A stretch of DNA of 64,000 nucleotides from contig NC_043014.1 in NCBI RefSeq assembly GCF_006345805.1, positions 10,292,001 to 10,356,000 on the forward strand. The letters are read 5' to 3'. The translations under genes and the position numbers were made by a program. How positions within the stretch are numbered: position 1 is the stretch's first letter; each line of letters begins with the position of its first letter. The notes below the pieces were generated by a model that did no database searches, was not told the origin of the DNA, and saw only the letters and a list, made by a program, of their open reading frames with translations. Shown piece after piece: positions 50,831 to 63,491 of the stretch. The stretch is from Octopus sinensis. Lineage: Eukaryota.

Positions 50831-51277
50831 TACTCTTTACTCTTTTACTCTTTTACTTGTTTCAGTCATTTGATTGCGGCCATGCTGGAGCACCGCCCTT
50901 AATCGAGCAACTCAACCCCGGGACTTATTCTTTGTAAGCCCAGTACTTATTTTATCGGTCTCTTTTGCCGAACCGCTATGAGACGGGGACATAAACACAC
51001 CAGCATCGCTTGTGTTGCAATGCTAGGGGGACAAACACAAATATACACGCACACATATATATACATATATACGACGGGCTTCTTTCAGTTTCCGTCAACC
51101 AAATCCACTCACAATGCATTGGTCGGCCCGAGGCTATTGTAGAAGACACTTGCCTAAGGTACCTATTTCTTTACTACCCACAAGGGGCTAAACACAGAGC
51201 CCAAGGTACCACGCAGTGGGACTGAACCCGGAACCATGTGGTTGGTAAACAAGCTACTTACCACACAGCCACTCCTA
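50831..51277 (-). mobile_element. SINE family A carrying a nested 35-bp family B tail (51164-51198)
   Basis: Full family A. The insert is flanked by GCC(T/C)AAGGTACC at 51152-51163 and 51199-51210. Confidence 0.88.
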
Positions 51278-51652
51278 TGATTATTTCCAAGAAAAAAATA
51301 AACGAAAAACAATCACTAGCTAATTTTAAAATCTCACCTGACACCACCTTTGAAACTGTTTTCATTTAATATGAAAAAAATTAATTTAGATTAATTTACA
51401 TCTTTCTGGTGTACTCATCAGTTTTGCCGAAAATTACTGTGATCGCTGGACATCAATACTGTCTGATAACCCTATGATCCGTTACTATGGTGATTAGACT
51501 GTGTATCGTTTATCTTTTAACAGTTTCAGTCATATTATTACAGCAATGCTTTGGTTACCGTCTTAGATAATGCTCTTACGTAGAATATTGGCGAGTGACA
51601 TCGAGATATATCACAGATCTAGTAACATAGAGAGTTCTTAATATCTTTCATT

Positions 51653-52253
51653 AGCGGGGAGCTTGCAGAAACGTTAGCACACCGGGCAAAATCCTTAGCG
51701 GTATTTTGTCTGCCGCGACGTTCTGAGTTCAAATCCCGCCGAGGTCGACTTTACATTTCATCCTTTCAGGGTCGATAAATTAAGTACCAGTTACGCACTG
51801 GGGTCGATGTAATCGACTTAATCCGTTTGTCTGTCCTTGTTTGTTCCTCCTGTGTTTAGCTCCTTGTGGGTAGTAAAGAAATAGGTATCTCGTCTGCCGC
51901 TACGTTCTGAGTTCAAATTCCGCCGAGGTCAACTTTGCCTTTCATCCTTTCAGGGTCGATAAATTAAGTACCAGTTACGCACTGGAGTCGATATAATCGA
52001 TTTAATACCTATATCTGTCCTTGTTTGTCCCCTCTATGTTTAGCTTCTTGTGGGTAATAAAGAAATAGGTAGTAAAAAAATAGGTATTTCGTCCGTCTTT
52101 AGGTTCTGTGTTCAAATACCGCCGAGATCGACTTTACCTTTCATCCTTTCGGGTTCAATACATTAACTACCATTTGCATACTGGGGTCGATATAATCGAC
52201 TGGCCCTCACCACCTCCCCTAAAATGTTGGGCCTTGTGCCTAGAGTAGAAAAG
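51653..52253 (+). mobile_element. SINE family B trimer; the last unit has an alternative tail
   Basis: Three B-box bodies. Probable TSD AATAT(C/T)TTTCATT at 51640-51652 and 52254-52266. Confidence 0.85.
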
Positions 52254-52578
52254 AATATTTTTCATTGTATTCTCGATGTGTATTAGTTTATGAGCGTTAA
52301 GCTCACGAGTGGATCAAAGTATTTAAACTTTACTCTGCAAGACCACAGGATACTGCGACTACCATTTTTATAGCATCACCTACGAAGTTTATTAATTTTT
52401 AGTTTGCTGCTTAATGGTGTTGGTTATGCTTATTTAACATGATGTGATAACAAGCCTGCATATATACCGTATTGAAGAAAATACTCATTCCAGACACAGT
52501 TGATACGTTATTTTACATACTGGAATAAGTGCATGCTTTTTCACTTGTCAGAATATATTTTACTTGTCAGAATATATC

Positions 52579-52957
52579 TTTATATATAAAAGAGAGGTTG
52601 TGTGTTGTCTGTCTCCTACGATTTAGATTCCTAACTACTCCCACATTTTGCGGTGCAGTTTAACCAAAACCGGGTATCTTATAGTCGTGATTCATATCGA
52701 GCCCGTCTACGATGAGTCTACGATTTAAAAAAAAAATTACCATCAATTTTTCCCCTTTTTTAATGCATTTTTGGCATATATAAGGGAAGTAACTCTCTAA
52801 AAATTTATTAAATCTCAGAACGTAACAAGCTACAGTAACACCCCCCCCACCTTTGTGGTTAGCCATATTGAGTTGGCTATTATACTTTACATCTCTAAAA
52901 ATGCTTACATAGTTATTTCCCTTACAAACCCGAGCAACGACGGGCGATACTGCTAGT
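52579..52957 (-). mobile_element. Helitron/Helentron-like element, same termini as the 25885 units
   Basis: Minus strand starts ACTAGCAGTATCGCCCGTCGTTGCTCGGGTTTGTAAGGG and shares the 3' ~150 bp with the tandem units, but the middle differs. Confidence 0.65.
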
Positions 52958-53350
52958 TTTATATACAGGAACAATGGCATGACTTGTTTATGATTATTTA
53001 ACATGATGTGATAACAAGCCTGCATAAATACCGTATTAAAGTAAATACTAATTTCAGACACAGTTGATACGTTATTTTACATACAGGAACAGGTACATGA
53101 GTTTTTACTTGTCAGAATATATTTCATAAGTAAAGTTAGAAGGGAAAGCAATTTCAGAATCAAACGAAGCATATTTGCAAATCCCAAATTATATAAAAAA
53201 AAGTTATCGTAATAGTCACGATTTGTTATCAATTGAGATACTCAAAATTCTAAATTTTCCAGGCGTCAGATTTGATAAACCGTTAAACCTGTGCTTGCGG
53301 TTTACATAGTAAATGACTTAAAAAGAAATCGTTCAAATATGTAACAGTAT

Positions 53351-53718
53351 GGAAGCACTCCGTCGGTTACGACGACGAGGGTTCCGGTTGATCCGAATCA
53401 ACGGAACAGCCTGCTCGTGAAATTAATGTGTATGTGGCTGAGCACTCCACAGACACGTGTACCCTTAACGTAGTTCTCGGGGATATTCAGCGGGACACAG
53501 AGAGTGACAAGGCCGGCCCTTTGAAATACAGGTACAACAGAAACAGGAAGTAAGAGTGAGAGAAAGTTGTGGTGAAAGAGTACAGCAGGGATCACCACCA
53601 TCCCCTGCCGGAGCCACGTGGAGCTTTAGGTGTGTTCGCTCAATAAACACTCACAATGCCCGGTCTGGGAATCGAAACCGCGATCCTATGACCGCGAGTC
53701 CGCTGCCCTAACCACTGG
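53351..53718 (-). mobile_element. SINE family C with a different 3' part from the 2530 copy
   Basis: Minus-strand head CCAGTGGTTAGGGCAGCGGACTCGCGGTCATAGGATCGCGGTTTCGATTCCC. Confidence 0.8.
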
Positions 53719-54406
53719 GATGTAGCAGTATATGTTTTAAACGATTGAATACAGAAGAGGTGTTCGTGGTTGGGAATTCGAGATTAGACATTCAAACGTT
53801 AAATGTTCAATAGTAGATTTAAAAATGCAATTTTTGACAAATGGCTGAAGAGAATTGTCTCCACTTATCAGCTTCTTACTTCTACATACTATTTGAACAT
53901 ATCATTGATTTTCGTAGTTACGATTTACAAAGATTTGGTTGAGATTGTCATTCGAAATTTACGTCTCTTGCTTCTAAAATGATTAGGAAATTCCTGTTAC
54001 TGCCGCCGGAAATGCATATCACACGATTACGTTGGGTCCCTCTTAACAAAGCAGTCGAATATCTAGTTGATATTCGGTATATCCATGGAGCATATAATTG
54101 ATATTCATTTCCTTGGGGAATGAGGAATCTGACATTTAACATTCAAGTCTGTATTGTGTGACTAGAAATGAGGAATTATCTCCATTCAAAGCGTTAATAT
54201 TTTCGAAATGCTATTTGGTGGATCCTCAATTGTGATATATCACGCCTAGCCTGAAACACCATTATGACTCACTGATAAAGAGGATGTACAAGTGACATGG
54301 GTTACCCATTGAAATACATGGATCCTAGAATATCTTGGTCTTCTGTTTTGAATTCAGAAGTAATATGCTTTGCCTTAGGAAAGAATGCGAGTCACAATAT
54401 GTCACG

Positions 54407-54407
<1 letters not shown>

Positions 54408-54461
<54 letters not shown>

Positions 54462-54485
54462 CGTGTATATATATATATATATATA

Positions 54486-54519
<34 letters not shown>

Positions 54520-54526
54520 CACACAC

Positions 54527-54571
<45 letters not shown>

Positions 54572-54597
54572 CATATATACATATATATATATATATG

Positions 54598-54680
<83 letters not shown>

Positions 54681-54710
54681 GTATATTATATATACATATA
54701 TATATTATAT

Positions 54711-54766
<56 letters not shown>

Positions 54767-54850
54767 GTGTATATATATTATATATATATATATATATACA
54801 TATACAGAGAGAGATGCATATATCAACACACACACACATATATATATATA
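54408..54850. repeat. Large compound (TA)n/(TG)n/(CA)n microsatellite; representative of many such tracts (e.g. ~5438-5655, 7366-7768, 18420-18630, 36750-37085, 62750-62950)
   Basis: Direct reading. Confidence 0.95.
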
Positions 54851-55231
54851 TGCATATATACGATATATATATGTATGTATGATAATATACATGTGCACGA
54901 GTATGTATGTGTGCGTGGGCATGTACATGTGTGTGTATATATGTATTATATGTACATCTATCACTGTTCCTTTTATCGTTTATTTCTCACCTTTATGACA
55001 CTGCGGCCATACTATGACATTGCCTTGAAGAGCTTCTTAGACAATGAGATTGACCCTACTCTTTTTTTTTATTCAATCTGATATGTATCATATCAGTCAA
55101 TTGTTACCGAACCTTTAAATTACGGTTGTGGATACAGATCAACGCCAGTCGCCCAGCGGTGGCGGCAGACAAACACATAGGCAAATGCATGCACACACAC
55201 GTAAACACCCCCCCACACACACACATACGTG

Positions 55232-55280
<49 letters not shown>

Positions 55281-56079
55281 TATATATAATATATGACAAG
55301 CTACTTTCAGGTTCTGTCTACGAAATGCCTTCGTCAGCTCGAAGCTGTAGTAGAAGACACTTGGCCAAGAGAACTCGCAGTGAAGCTGAAACCGGGAGCA
55401 TGTGCTTGGGGAGCAGGCTTCTTATCATACGGCCACGCATGCGCCTATGTCTATATATATCATAGGGTATGGCATGTATATTAGAAGCTGGCCATAAAAG
55501 TGAGAATAAGTCGCCATTTGCCTACGTAGACTTGAGTGACATCTTGGGCAAGTGCTGGCAACCCTTTCGCCTCTTGCGCCACAGATATGGTGAATATATC
55601 AACCGCAGGACAGTACAGAACCGACAAGATGTTGTGTATTGAGGCCAAGTAGAAGGTCTTCACAATCGGACGACGGTTGTGCGCCAGCTGGCATTGGATC
55701 TACTGTAGATCAGAGCTAGCCTGGTGGTGGGTTGTCTACAGACCCCTTACTGGAATTGCAAAAGCGTTTTGTTGCAACTGCACAGAACAAACAACGTCGA
55801 ACTGTGTAAGTCAACCGATGACGATATATATATATAATCAAAATAATATCCAAGAATATCCAAGGTAGAGTAGTACAATTGTTTCATGCTACTTCATTTT
55901 ATTAAACACTGTAAGTATTACATCAGTTTTAAAATGTCGAGCAATCTTCAGCCACTTTTAGAATTTTCCAATTTATTTTTATTATAATCCCCCCATCTGA
56001 TTTATATGGATAAAACCATACAATATTCTGGTGCCTTTAACTTAAGTACCATATTCATCTGAATCTAAATTTTGCTGCA

Positions 56080-56126
<47 letters not shown>

Positions 56127-56265
56127 GTGGGTGATTGAGGAAGAATGCGAGATCCCATTCGTCTGTTTGAATTAAGAAGTACTGGTTTTGGATATATGAT
56201 ATTAGATGGCGCTTGGTCGAGTACGTATGTTAGTTATCAGTGCTCTCAAATTTAAAACTTGAAAT

Positions 56266-56349
56266 ACTGTACTGATGAAGGGAATGAGTGAGTAGAAATA
56301 TGATTTTATATCTTTTTACATCTCTTTAAAACCGAAACGCGTATACAGT
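56266..56349 (+). ncRNA. Minimal hammerhead-like motif (PLE-type)
   Basis: ACUGUA-CUGAUGA-A-GG...CC-GAAA-CGCG-UA-UACAGU: 6-bp stem I, palindromic ACGCGU stem III, weak 2-bp stem II around a long AU-rich loop. Confidence 0.55.
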
Positions 56350-57129
56350 TAATCAAAGCCGGGTGGATTCGTTATTTTTTCTCTTTTCCCGCGTGAGTTT
56401 GTAGAGTATTGCTGTCTAGGAGATATATTATGGTAGGAGAATAGAATTTTAACTGTTATTTCTTAATTTCGGTATGTGGTGAAGCAAATTTTACTGAACC
56501 CTAATTATAATTATACCCATAATTATAGAATTGATATATATATATAAGATATACTATATATATATATAATATATATATATATATTAGTAAAAGTGACAAC
56601 AAAATAATATATGAGACCTCGATATTTTTTTAAACGGCCATTTTCATAGCATTTTTGTTTGTTTTAAAAACTGACGAGATGCCGGAGCAGTTTTCCGCAC
56701 CGACATCACATCCGAAACTCGGATTTTATCATGCCAACCGAATCATTGTCACATATTATGTTACAGATATATATATATATATATATATATGCAACGATCA
56801 GACAAATTACAGAAGCTACACACATAATAGAAGATAAACCTAGCCTGAAAATGAAACTGGAATGAACACTAGCACACACCACAACATATGACAGAAGACG
56901 ATCCCCATAAACTGGTTACAATATAAACAAAACCGAAAACATAATAAAGACAATACACAGATAAATAAACAAATAGAAATAAATAACTATATAGGTTTTT
57001 TTTTAATTTAAAAGATTTTTTTGAAAAATTGAAATTTTTTTAAAATGTTTTATTATTATTATTATTGTTTTTACTAGTATTGTTGTTATACATATATACA
57101 AGCATACGTAATAATAATAATGATAATAA

Positions 57130-57470
57130 TAGTAATAATAAGTGGATGTAAACATGAACAAAATAAAAAAAAGAATAAACAAAAACAAAAACAAATTACA
57201 CGGACGTATATAAACAGAATATACAAATATTACAGGCACCCCCCCACACACACACACACATACACACTAACTAAACATAGACGCACATAGAGACACACAA
57301 GAAAGAAGAAAGCAAAGGACCACTGATGTGGTCTCAGGAGTGTGACGGAAGAACTCTAGCCGAAATAAGATTAAGATTAACGTAAAAATAAATAATCCTA
57401 AAGCAAAGTAACACCAAATATATGGTGCGTGTGTTTTTATTGGATAAACTGGCAAAATGACCATTCCGAA
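57130..57470 (+). repeat. Solo copy of the putative pLTR at 1690-2062
   Basis: Aligns over about 300 bp, with one internal deletion. Confidence 0.7.
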
Positions 57471-58009
57471 ATATAACAATATATATATATATACACACAT
57501 TTAAACATCATGTCCGGCTATTGGTTGAGAGGACGCTTGCGTTGCCGTCGCGGCAGTTTACGCTCTCCGAGTGCTCTTGTTTATATGTATTCATGTGAAA
57601 TAAGTGACTGACAGACTAGTATTACTTTCAATAACTTACTTCTATTAACTCTCAAGGCATTTTATGAGATATAATTTGCATATTTACCTGCAATAAATTT
57701 AATCCTAGTTCACTGGGGATATATATATATCAATATTTACAAATAACGCATGATTATAAACTACCGTTTGGTATTCAGAATTTATCGACTTTGCATTTTA
57801 ATCAGTACTCGTTGTATTATTCCATAGTTTTATGCTAACACCATTCAATATGATGTAAATAATTTTATATATTTCCTCTAGAAAATAGCTGGAAGCTGTT
57901 ATATTCGCTAAGAGCTTATCAGCATATATTTATGCTATAGTTACACACACACACATATATATATATATAAATATATGTATATATATATGTAGGTATGTGT
58001 GTAAGTACG

Positions 58010-58102
<93 letters not shown>

Positions 58103-58109
58103 TCGTGTG

Positions 58110-58318
58110 TTTTTCAGTGTTTGTCCCACCTCCATCGCTTGACAACCGATGCTGATGTGTTTACATTCCCGTAACATAGTGGTTCGGCATAACAGGTCGA
58201 TGCACTAAGCACTAGGCTTACAAAAAAATAAGTCCTCGGGTAGAATTGTCCCGCTAAAGGCGGTGCTCCATCATGGCCGCAGTCATATGACTGAAACAAG
58301 TAAAAGAATAAAAGAATA
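58110..58318 (+). mobile_element. SINE family A 3' half
   Basis: TTTGTCCC..CATCGCTTGACAACCGATGCTG..GGCGGTGCTCCA..GAAACAAGTAAAAG. Confidence 0.8.
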
Positions 58319-58539
58319 TATGAGACAATGCTTCATTCCTTAGCAAAGGTTATATTACTTTTCGACAACGGTTTATCGCCTCTTCGAGCAATTTCCAACA
58401 ATTTGAATATGTCAACAAATGTCAAATCAGTTTAAATGTTTATTACGTTATTTGCACGTTGTGGTTGCTTATAGTTAACGTGAATATTATAGTAAAAATT
58501 TCTAAAGTTTTTCAGCTTCCATTATGCTGTATTTCGAAC

Positions 58540-59095
58540 ACGGTTCCTCCATTTTCAGACACGTTAGCACGCTGTGCGTAATGTTTAGCAACGTTTCGTT
58601 TGTTTTTACGTTCTGAGTTCAAATTCCGACGAGATTGACTTTGCCTTTCATCCTTTGCGGGTTGATAAACTAAGTACCAGTTGCGTACTGGGATCGATCT
58701 AATCGACTGGCCCCCTTCCCCCAAAATTTAGGGCTTGTGCCTTGGATAGAAATATTCTCTCATTCATATTTAAAAGGATGGCGAACTGGCAGAAACGTTA
58801 GCACACCGGGGTCGATTATATAAGTACCATTTACACACTGGGGTCGATATAATCGACTTAATCCGTTTGACTGTCCTTGTTTGTCCTCTCTGTGTTTAAC
58901 CCCTTGTGGATAGTAAAAAGATAGGTATTTCGTTTGCCGCTACGTTCTGAGTTCAAATTCCGCCGAGGTCGACTTTGCCTTTCATCCTTTCCGGGTCGGT
59001 AAATTAAGTACCAGTTGTGTACTGGGTAGATCTAATAGACTGGTCTCCACTATCTCACCAAAAATTTCGTGCCTTGTGCCTAGAGTAGAAACGAC
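58540..59095 (+). mobile_element. Cluster of SINE family B copies: a degenerate monomer (~58540-58755) and a dimer (~58779-59095)
   Basis: B-box and Deu/Nin-like domain are present. The dimer junction again reads ..AGATAGGTATTTCGT. Confidence 0.8.
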
Positions 59096-59865
59096 TATTT
59101 TCTCCACTTCGTTTTAAATCCATGAGCTTATCCATAAGCTCAATGTGTGCTACACGTACACACACGCACACACGCATATATGTGTGTGTGTGTACATATA
59201 TACATATATAGATGTGCTTCGATATGTAAAGAATACAAACACACACACACACATGCACACACACACACACACACTTGCAAAAGACACACACATTATGGTT
59301 TATGGCTGGTAGATAACAGTTCCAAAACTGCTTCGATACGGCTTTGGAACCTGGTGCTTGCGTTCCTCTATATATTTCTAGGAAGATGTCGCAGCATCTC
59401 TTCGACTGTTGTCACACTGGGGCACTACCTTGAAATAATTTTAGTAGAATGAATGTGATTCAGTCCATCTTTGCCAAACCAAGGTTATAGGGGCGTAAAT
59501 AAACGAGCACCGGCTCACAGGTGGTGCCGAAGAACAAACAAGCCATACACACATTCAAACATACACACACACATGTATTTGTATATCGTGTGTGCGTGTG
59601 TGCGTGTGCACGTGTGTGTGTGTGTGTGTATTCTAGAGAACATTCTTTTCTTTGTGATTAGATTGTAGGTGATCTATTTCTAGCATATTGGGTGTCCACT
59701 TAGTGGTCACTCCTTCTTATACGCATGTAATACAATTTTTTTGAATTGTCAGATTTTTGTATATGCAAAGCCACTGGTTTTAAATTGAAGTTAATTTAAT
59801 TAATATTCAATTTATCACCCTCATTATTAAAATTATATAAATAAATATACACATATAGTAATAAT

Positions 59866-59902
59866 AACCACAACAATAATAATAATAATAATAATGATGA
59901 TG

Positions 59903-59981
<79 letters not shown>

Positions 59982-60022
59982 TAATAGTAATAATAATAAT
60001 AATAATAATAACAATAATAATT
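59866..60022. repeat. (TAA)n microsatellite
   Basis: Direct reading. Confidence 0.95.
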
Positions 60023-60158
60023 ATATGAGGGAATATTATTCCAAAATTACAGGGAAAAATTCATTTAGAAATACTAACTCAAAGTTCAGCAAATATATAC
60101 ATATACATATATATATTATATATATATATTATATATATATATATCTTATATATATATG

Positions 60159-60336
60159 AATTAGAAAAAACACCCTTTATCATTGTGCCAAAATAATATA
60201 AGCTATACGTTTTATTTATTTTTTGCACATTACTTAATCATGTTTTATCTTATATTTAATCATTCTATATATGTAATTTTTCTAAATGGTATAACTTAAT
60301 CTTTCATTATTGAATTGATAAAGGTTGTTTTTTCTA

Positions 60337-60339
<3 letters not shown>
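60159..60339. mobile_element. ~180-bp element with ~24-bp terminal inverted repeats in a TA tract; second copy at 63270-63450
   Basis: AATTAGAAAAAACACCCTTTATCA ... TGATAAAGGTTGTTTTTTCTAATT. The two copies align end to end. Confidence 0.6.
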
Positions 60340-60359
<20 letters not shown>

Positions 60360-60370
<11 letters not shown>

Positions 60371-61750
60371 GGAAATTTTTTTTTTAATAGAATGCTCAAA
60401 TGAAAGAAAATTTAATAAAATGAGAAATTGATAAAATATATAATATATATTTATTCAACCGGTTTCGTCATTGTATGACTTGTCAAGAATATTATGTTTT
60501 AAAAAGTTTTTTTTTAATTAGAAAGGGAAAAAAAGAAAATTGCATTGTTTTTGAAAGGATAATGATAAAAATGTACAAAAATTAAAAAATAGGCTCTCCG
60601 ATACATTGTGAGTTCGTTGTGTATCTTGAGTTATATGGTTGTTCACGAAAAAATTACCTTGAGGTGTTAAGATCCAAAAGGATTAAGAGCATGTGTTGTG
60701 TTGTTTAATTCAGCATGTTTGCAGGACAGGAAGTAGTAGTAATTGTGGTCCTGGTTCTTCAGTTCCTGTGTTGTGAGTAAGGGGAGACAACTCTTTTGAG
60801 TTCTTCAATAAAACCCAAATTATAAAATTATCATTTTAGCTTCATTTGCGTTATCTTTTTTATATAATTGCTTGTTAGATTTTAACACTTTATTTATATT
60901 ATTTTCTAATTATATAAATCTGCATAGACAATTGCATTTCAAATTGTCATAATTTATAATAAAAATGATAGTAATAACAACAATAGTAAAAATGATATTT
61001 AAAGAATATAAGTTTTAGCTGAAGTGATGATGCATGGTATCTTTTATATTTGTGTTAGTCCATCCATGAAGAGTGAGGTAGAGAAAGGAAGTTTGATCAA
61101 CGAGGAGTTTGCATATTAAGTGTGTTTGGAATTTTTCAATAAAGATATTTCTCCTTGTTAATTCTCTCCTGTGTGGTGATCCCGTCTTTACATTGGTAGA
61201 AGGGGAATATATCGAATTTGGGGTTTTAAGTCTTTAGCACATGAGTCTAAGTGGTCACTCAGTGGAATTTGTCGGTATTCCGGGAGATTTATTTGTTCTT
61301 TATGCACCGTTACTCGTTTACGTAACGGGAGACATCGTTTGTCCAACATAATTATGTTGGCAACCAGCGCATGTGAGAGCGTAGATAAGGTTCTCGGAGG
61401 AAAAAAGAAGTTAGTCTTGATTTTAAACTTCGTACCTTGTTTGAAGGTAAATTCAGAGCCTTCAAGTAGAAGGGGCAGGTACCCACAGTTTGAGCGTGCA
61501 CATTTTTTTACTGTTGGGGGTGGATGAGGTGTGTGAAGTTTGGCATTTGTCAAGAGTTTTTTTAAAGATTTTTGTTGCCTTTTGCATTTGAGGATTTTGT
61601 GTGTATTAATAATGTTTTTCATTTTTGGGTCTGTTGACAGTAGACTGAGGTTTTGTATGATTGTGGTGTATGCTTCGATATTTTTGGGGTTGTGGGTGGA
61701 AAGTATGGAAGTATTTTGAGGTTGTGTGTGGTTTAGGTTGGGTGGTTTTC
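60360..61750 (-). mobile_element. PLE 3' part: GIY-YIG endonuclease (frameshifted) plus downstream pLTR with a decayed hammerhead motif at 60452-60491
   Basis: STHNP-type linker, KCARSNCG, ENLIYALTCAGCQHNYVGQT (61331-61395), LRKRVTVHK, HLDSC, FYQCK..QERINKE. Confidence 0.85.
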
Positions 61751-61768
61751 AGTGTAGTGTTGTATATA

Positions 61769-61812
<44 letters not shown>

Positions 61813-61903
61813 GTATTTATATACATGTATATATGAATGTATATATACATAGATATATGAATATAGACATTTATATACATATATTTATATGCACAAACAA
61901 CAC

Positions 61904-61934
<31 letters not shown>

Positions 61935-62758
61935 GTTTTTTTGTATTTTGGAAATTAGCTATTTCATCTTTAATATGAAAATTTAATTTATTAAGTTTTT
62001 ATATTAATGTGCATATATATTTATTTATAGAGATTATTTTAGATCTTAATTATAATATTTAATATACATTTATATATTTTCATTGATAATTTATATATAT
62101 TAGTCATTTTTAAATATTTATGTAATAGGTATGGACTAAAACCGATATTAGATTATTGGTGGGTTTCCTACCTTAGAAATTAAAATTAATATTTAGCATT
62201 ATAGTCGATTTTGATATAATCATAATTGTTAAGTTTTATGTTTCTAGTTTGATAATAGAGATTATTATAAGTAAAATTATTATATTATTTATATCTTAAA
62301 AATATTGTTTAAATATTTCTGATTATATTTTAGATATTTCAATTAACCTGAAGATTGACTGTAACCATAACTCGAATTATTACGAATTGTACAGCCATGA
62401 AACGATCGTAGTGTTTTACCCTTTATCTTTTATTAAACTTTTAATACTTTTGATATATATTTAAAATAATATAAATTAATTAATTTTATGTATTGGCTTA
62501 TGTTTTTTCATTGTTTGATTTGCCTAATAGTGGTTTTATCTCTAATTTAATATAATATAATATAATATATTTTACTATAAAATTGGATTTAATCCTAAAT
62601 CTGATTTTTCCCTGTAAGTTTGGATTTATTCCCTAACATATATATATTATATATATATGTATGTAATATTTATGTTATTTATGTTTATGTTTTTTTCCAG
62701 TTTCAGCTCTTGACCTGTGGCATGCTGGGGCACCGCCATTTATTATATAGATATATAT

Positions 62759-62790
<32 letters not shown>

Positions 62791-63451
62791 ATATAATATA
62801 TATATATATTATATATATATGTATATATTATATATATATATAATATATATGTATATATATTATATATATATATTATATTATATATATATATATATATAGA
62901 TATATATATATATATTTATATATGTAATGTATAACATATATATATATTATTTAACGTATGTTTATACATGTATTGATTACTTTGTATATCGGTAGTTCGC
63001 ATGAAAATTCATTGCCAAGACATAAGAAGGGAAGCGAAAATTCTAAGCTGTTATACAAAATTCTATTGGAGGGTAAACACAATATCCGTATATAGAAGAC
63101 ATTGATTTCGCTTCTGCTTACTCCTTTCCTAAACTTGCATGTCATAACTTTTTATAAATGGAGAAAGTTATTATACTAAATCACAATGATTAATTAATCA
63201 TTAACATAACAGTATGTATATCTGTGCGTAAGACATAGTGTATTTGTGCCTGTATGCATTATATATATGACTTAGAAAAACACCCTTTATCATTGTGCAA
63301 AATAATATAAGCTATACGTTTTATTTATTATTTTGCACATTACTTAATCATGTTTTATCTTATATTTAATCATTCTATAATATGTAATTTTTCTAAATGG
63401 TATTACTTAATCTTTCATTATGAATTGATAAAAGGTGTTTTTTTCTAATTC

Positions 63452-63491
<40 letters not shown>

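Noticed and set aside
56665-56730. CUGACGA-GAUG...CAUC-C-GAAA-CUCGGA-UU hammerhead-like motif
   Set aside because: Stem III is mismatched and stem I is only about 2 bp. Possibly a relic but not supportable.
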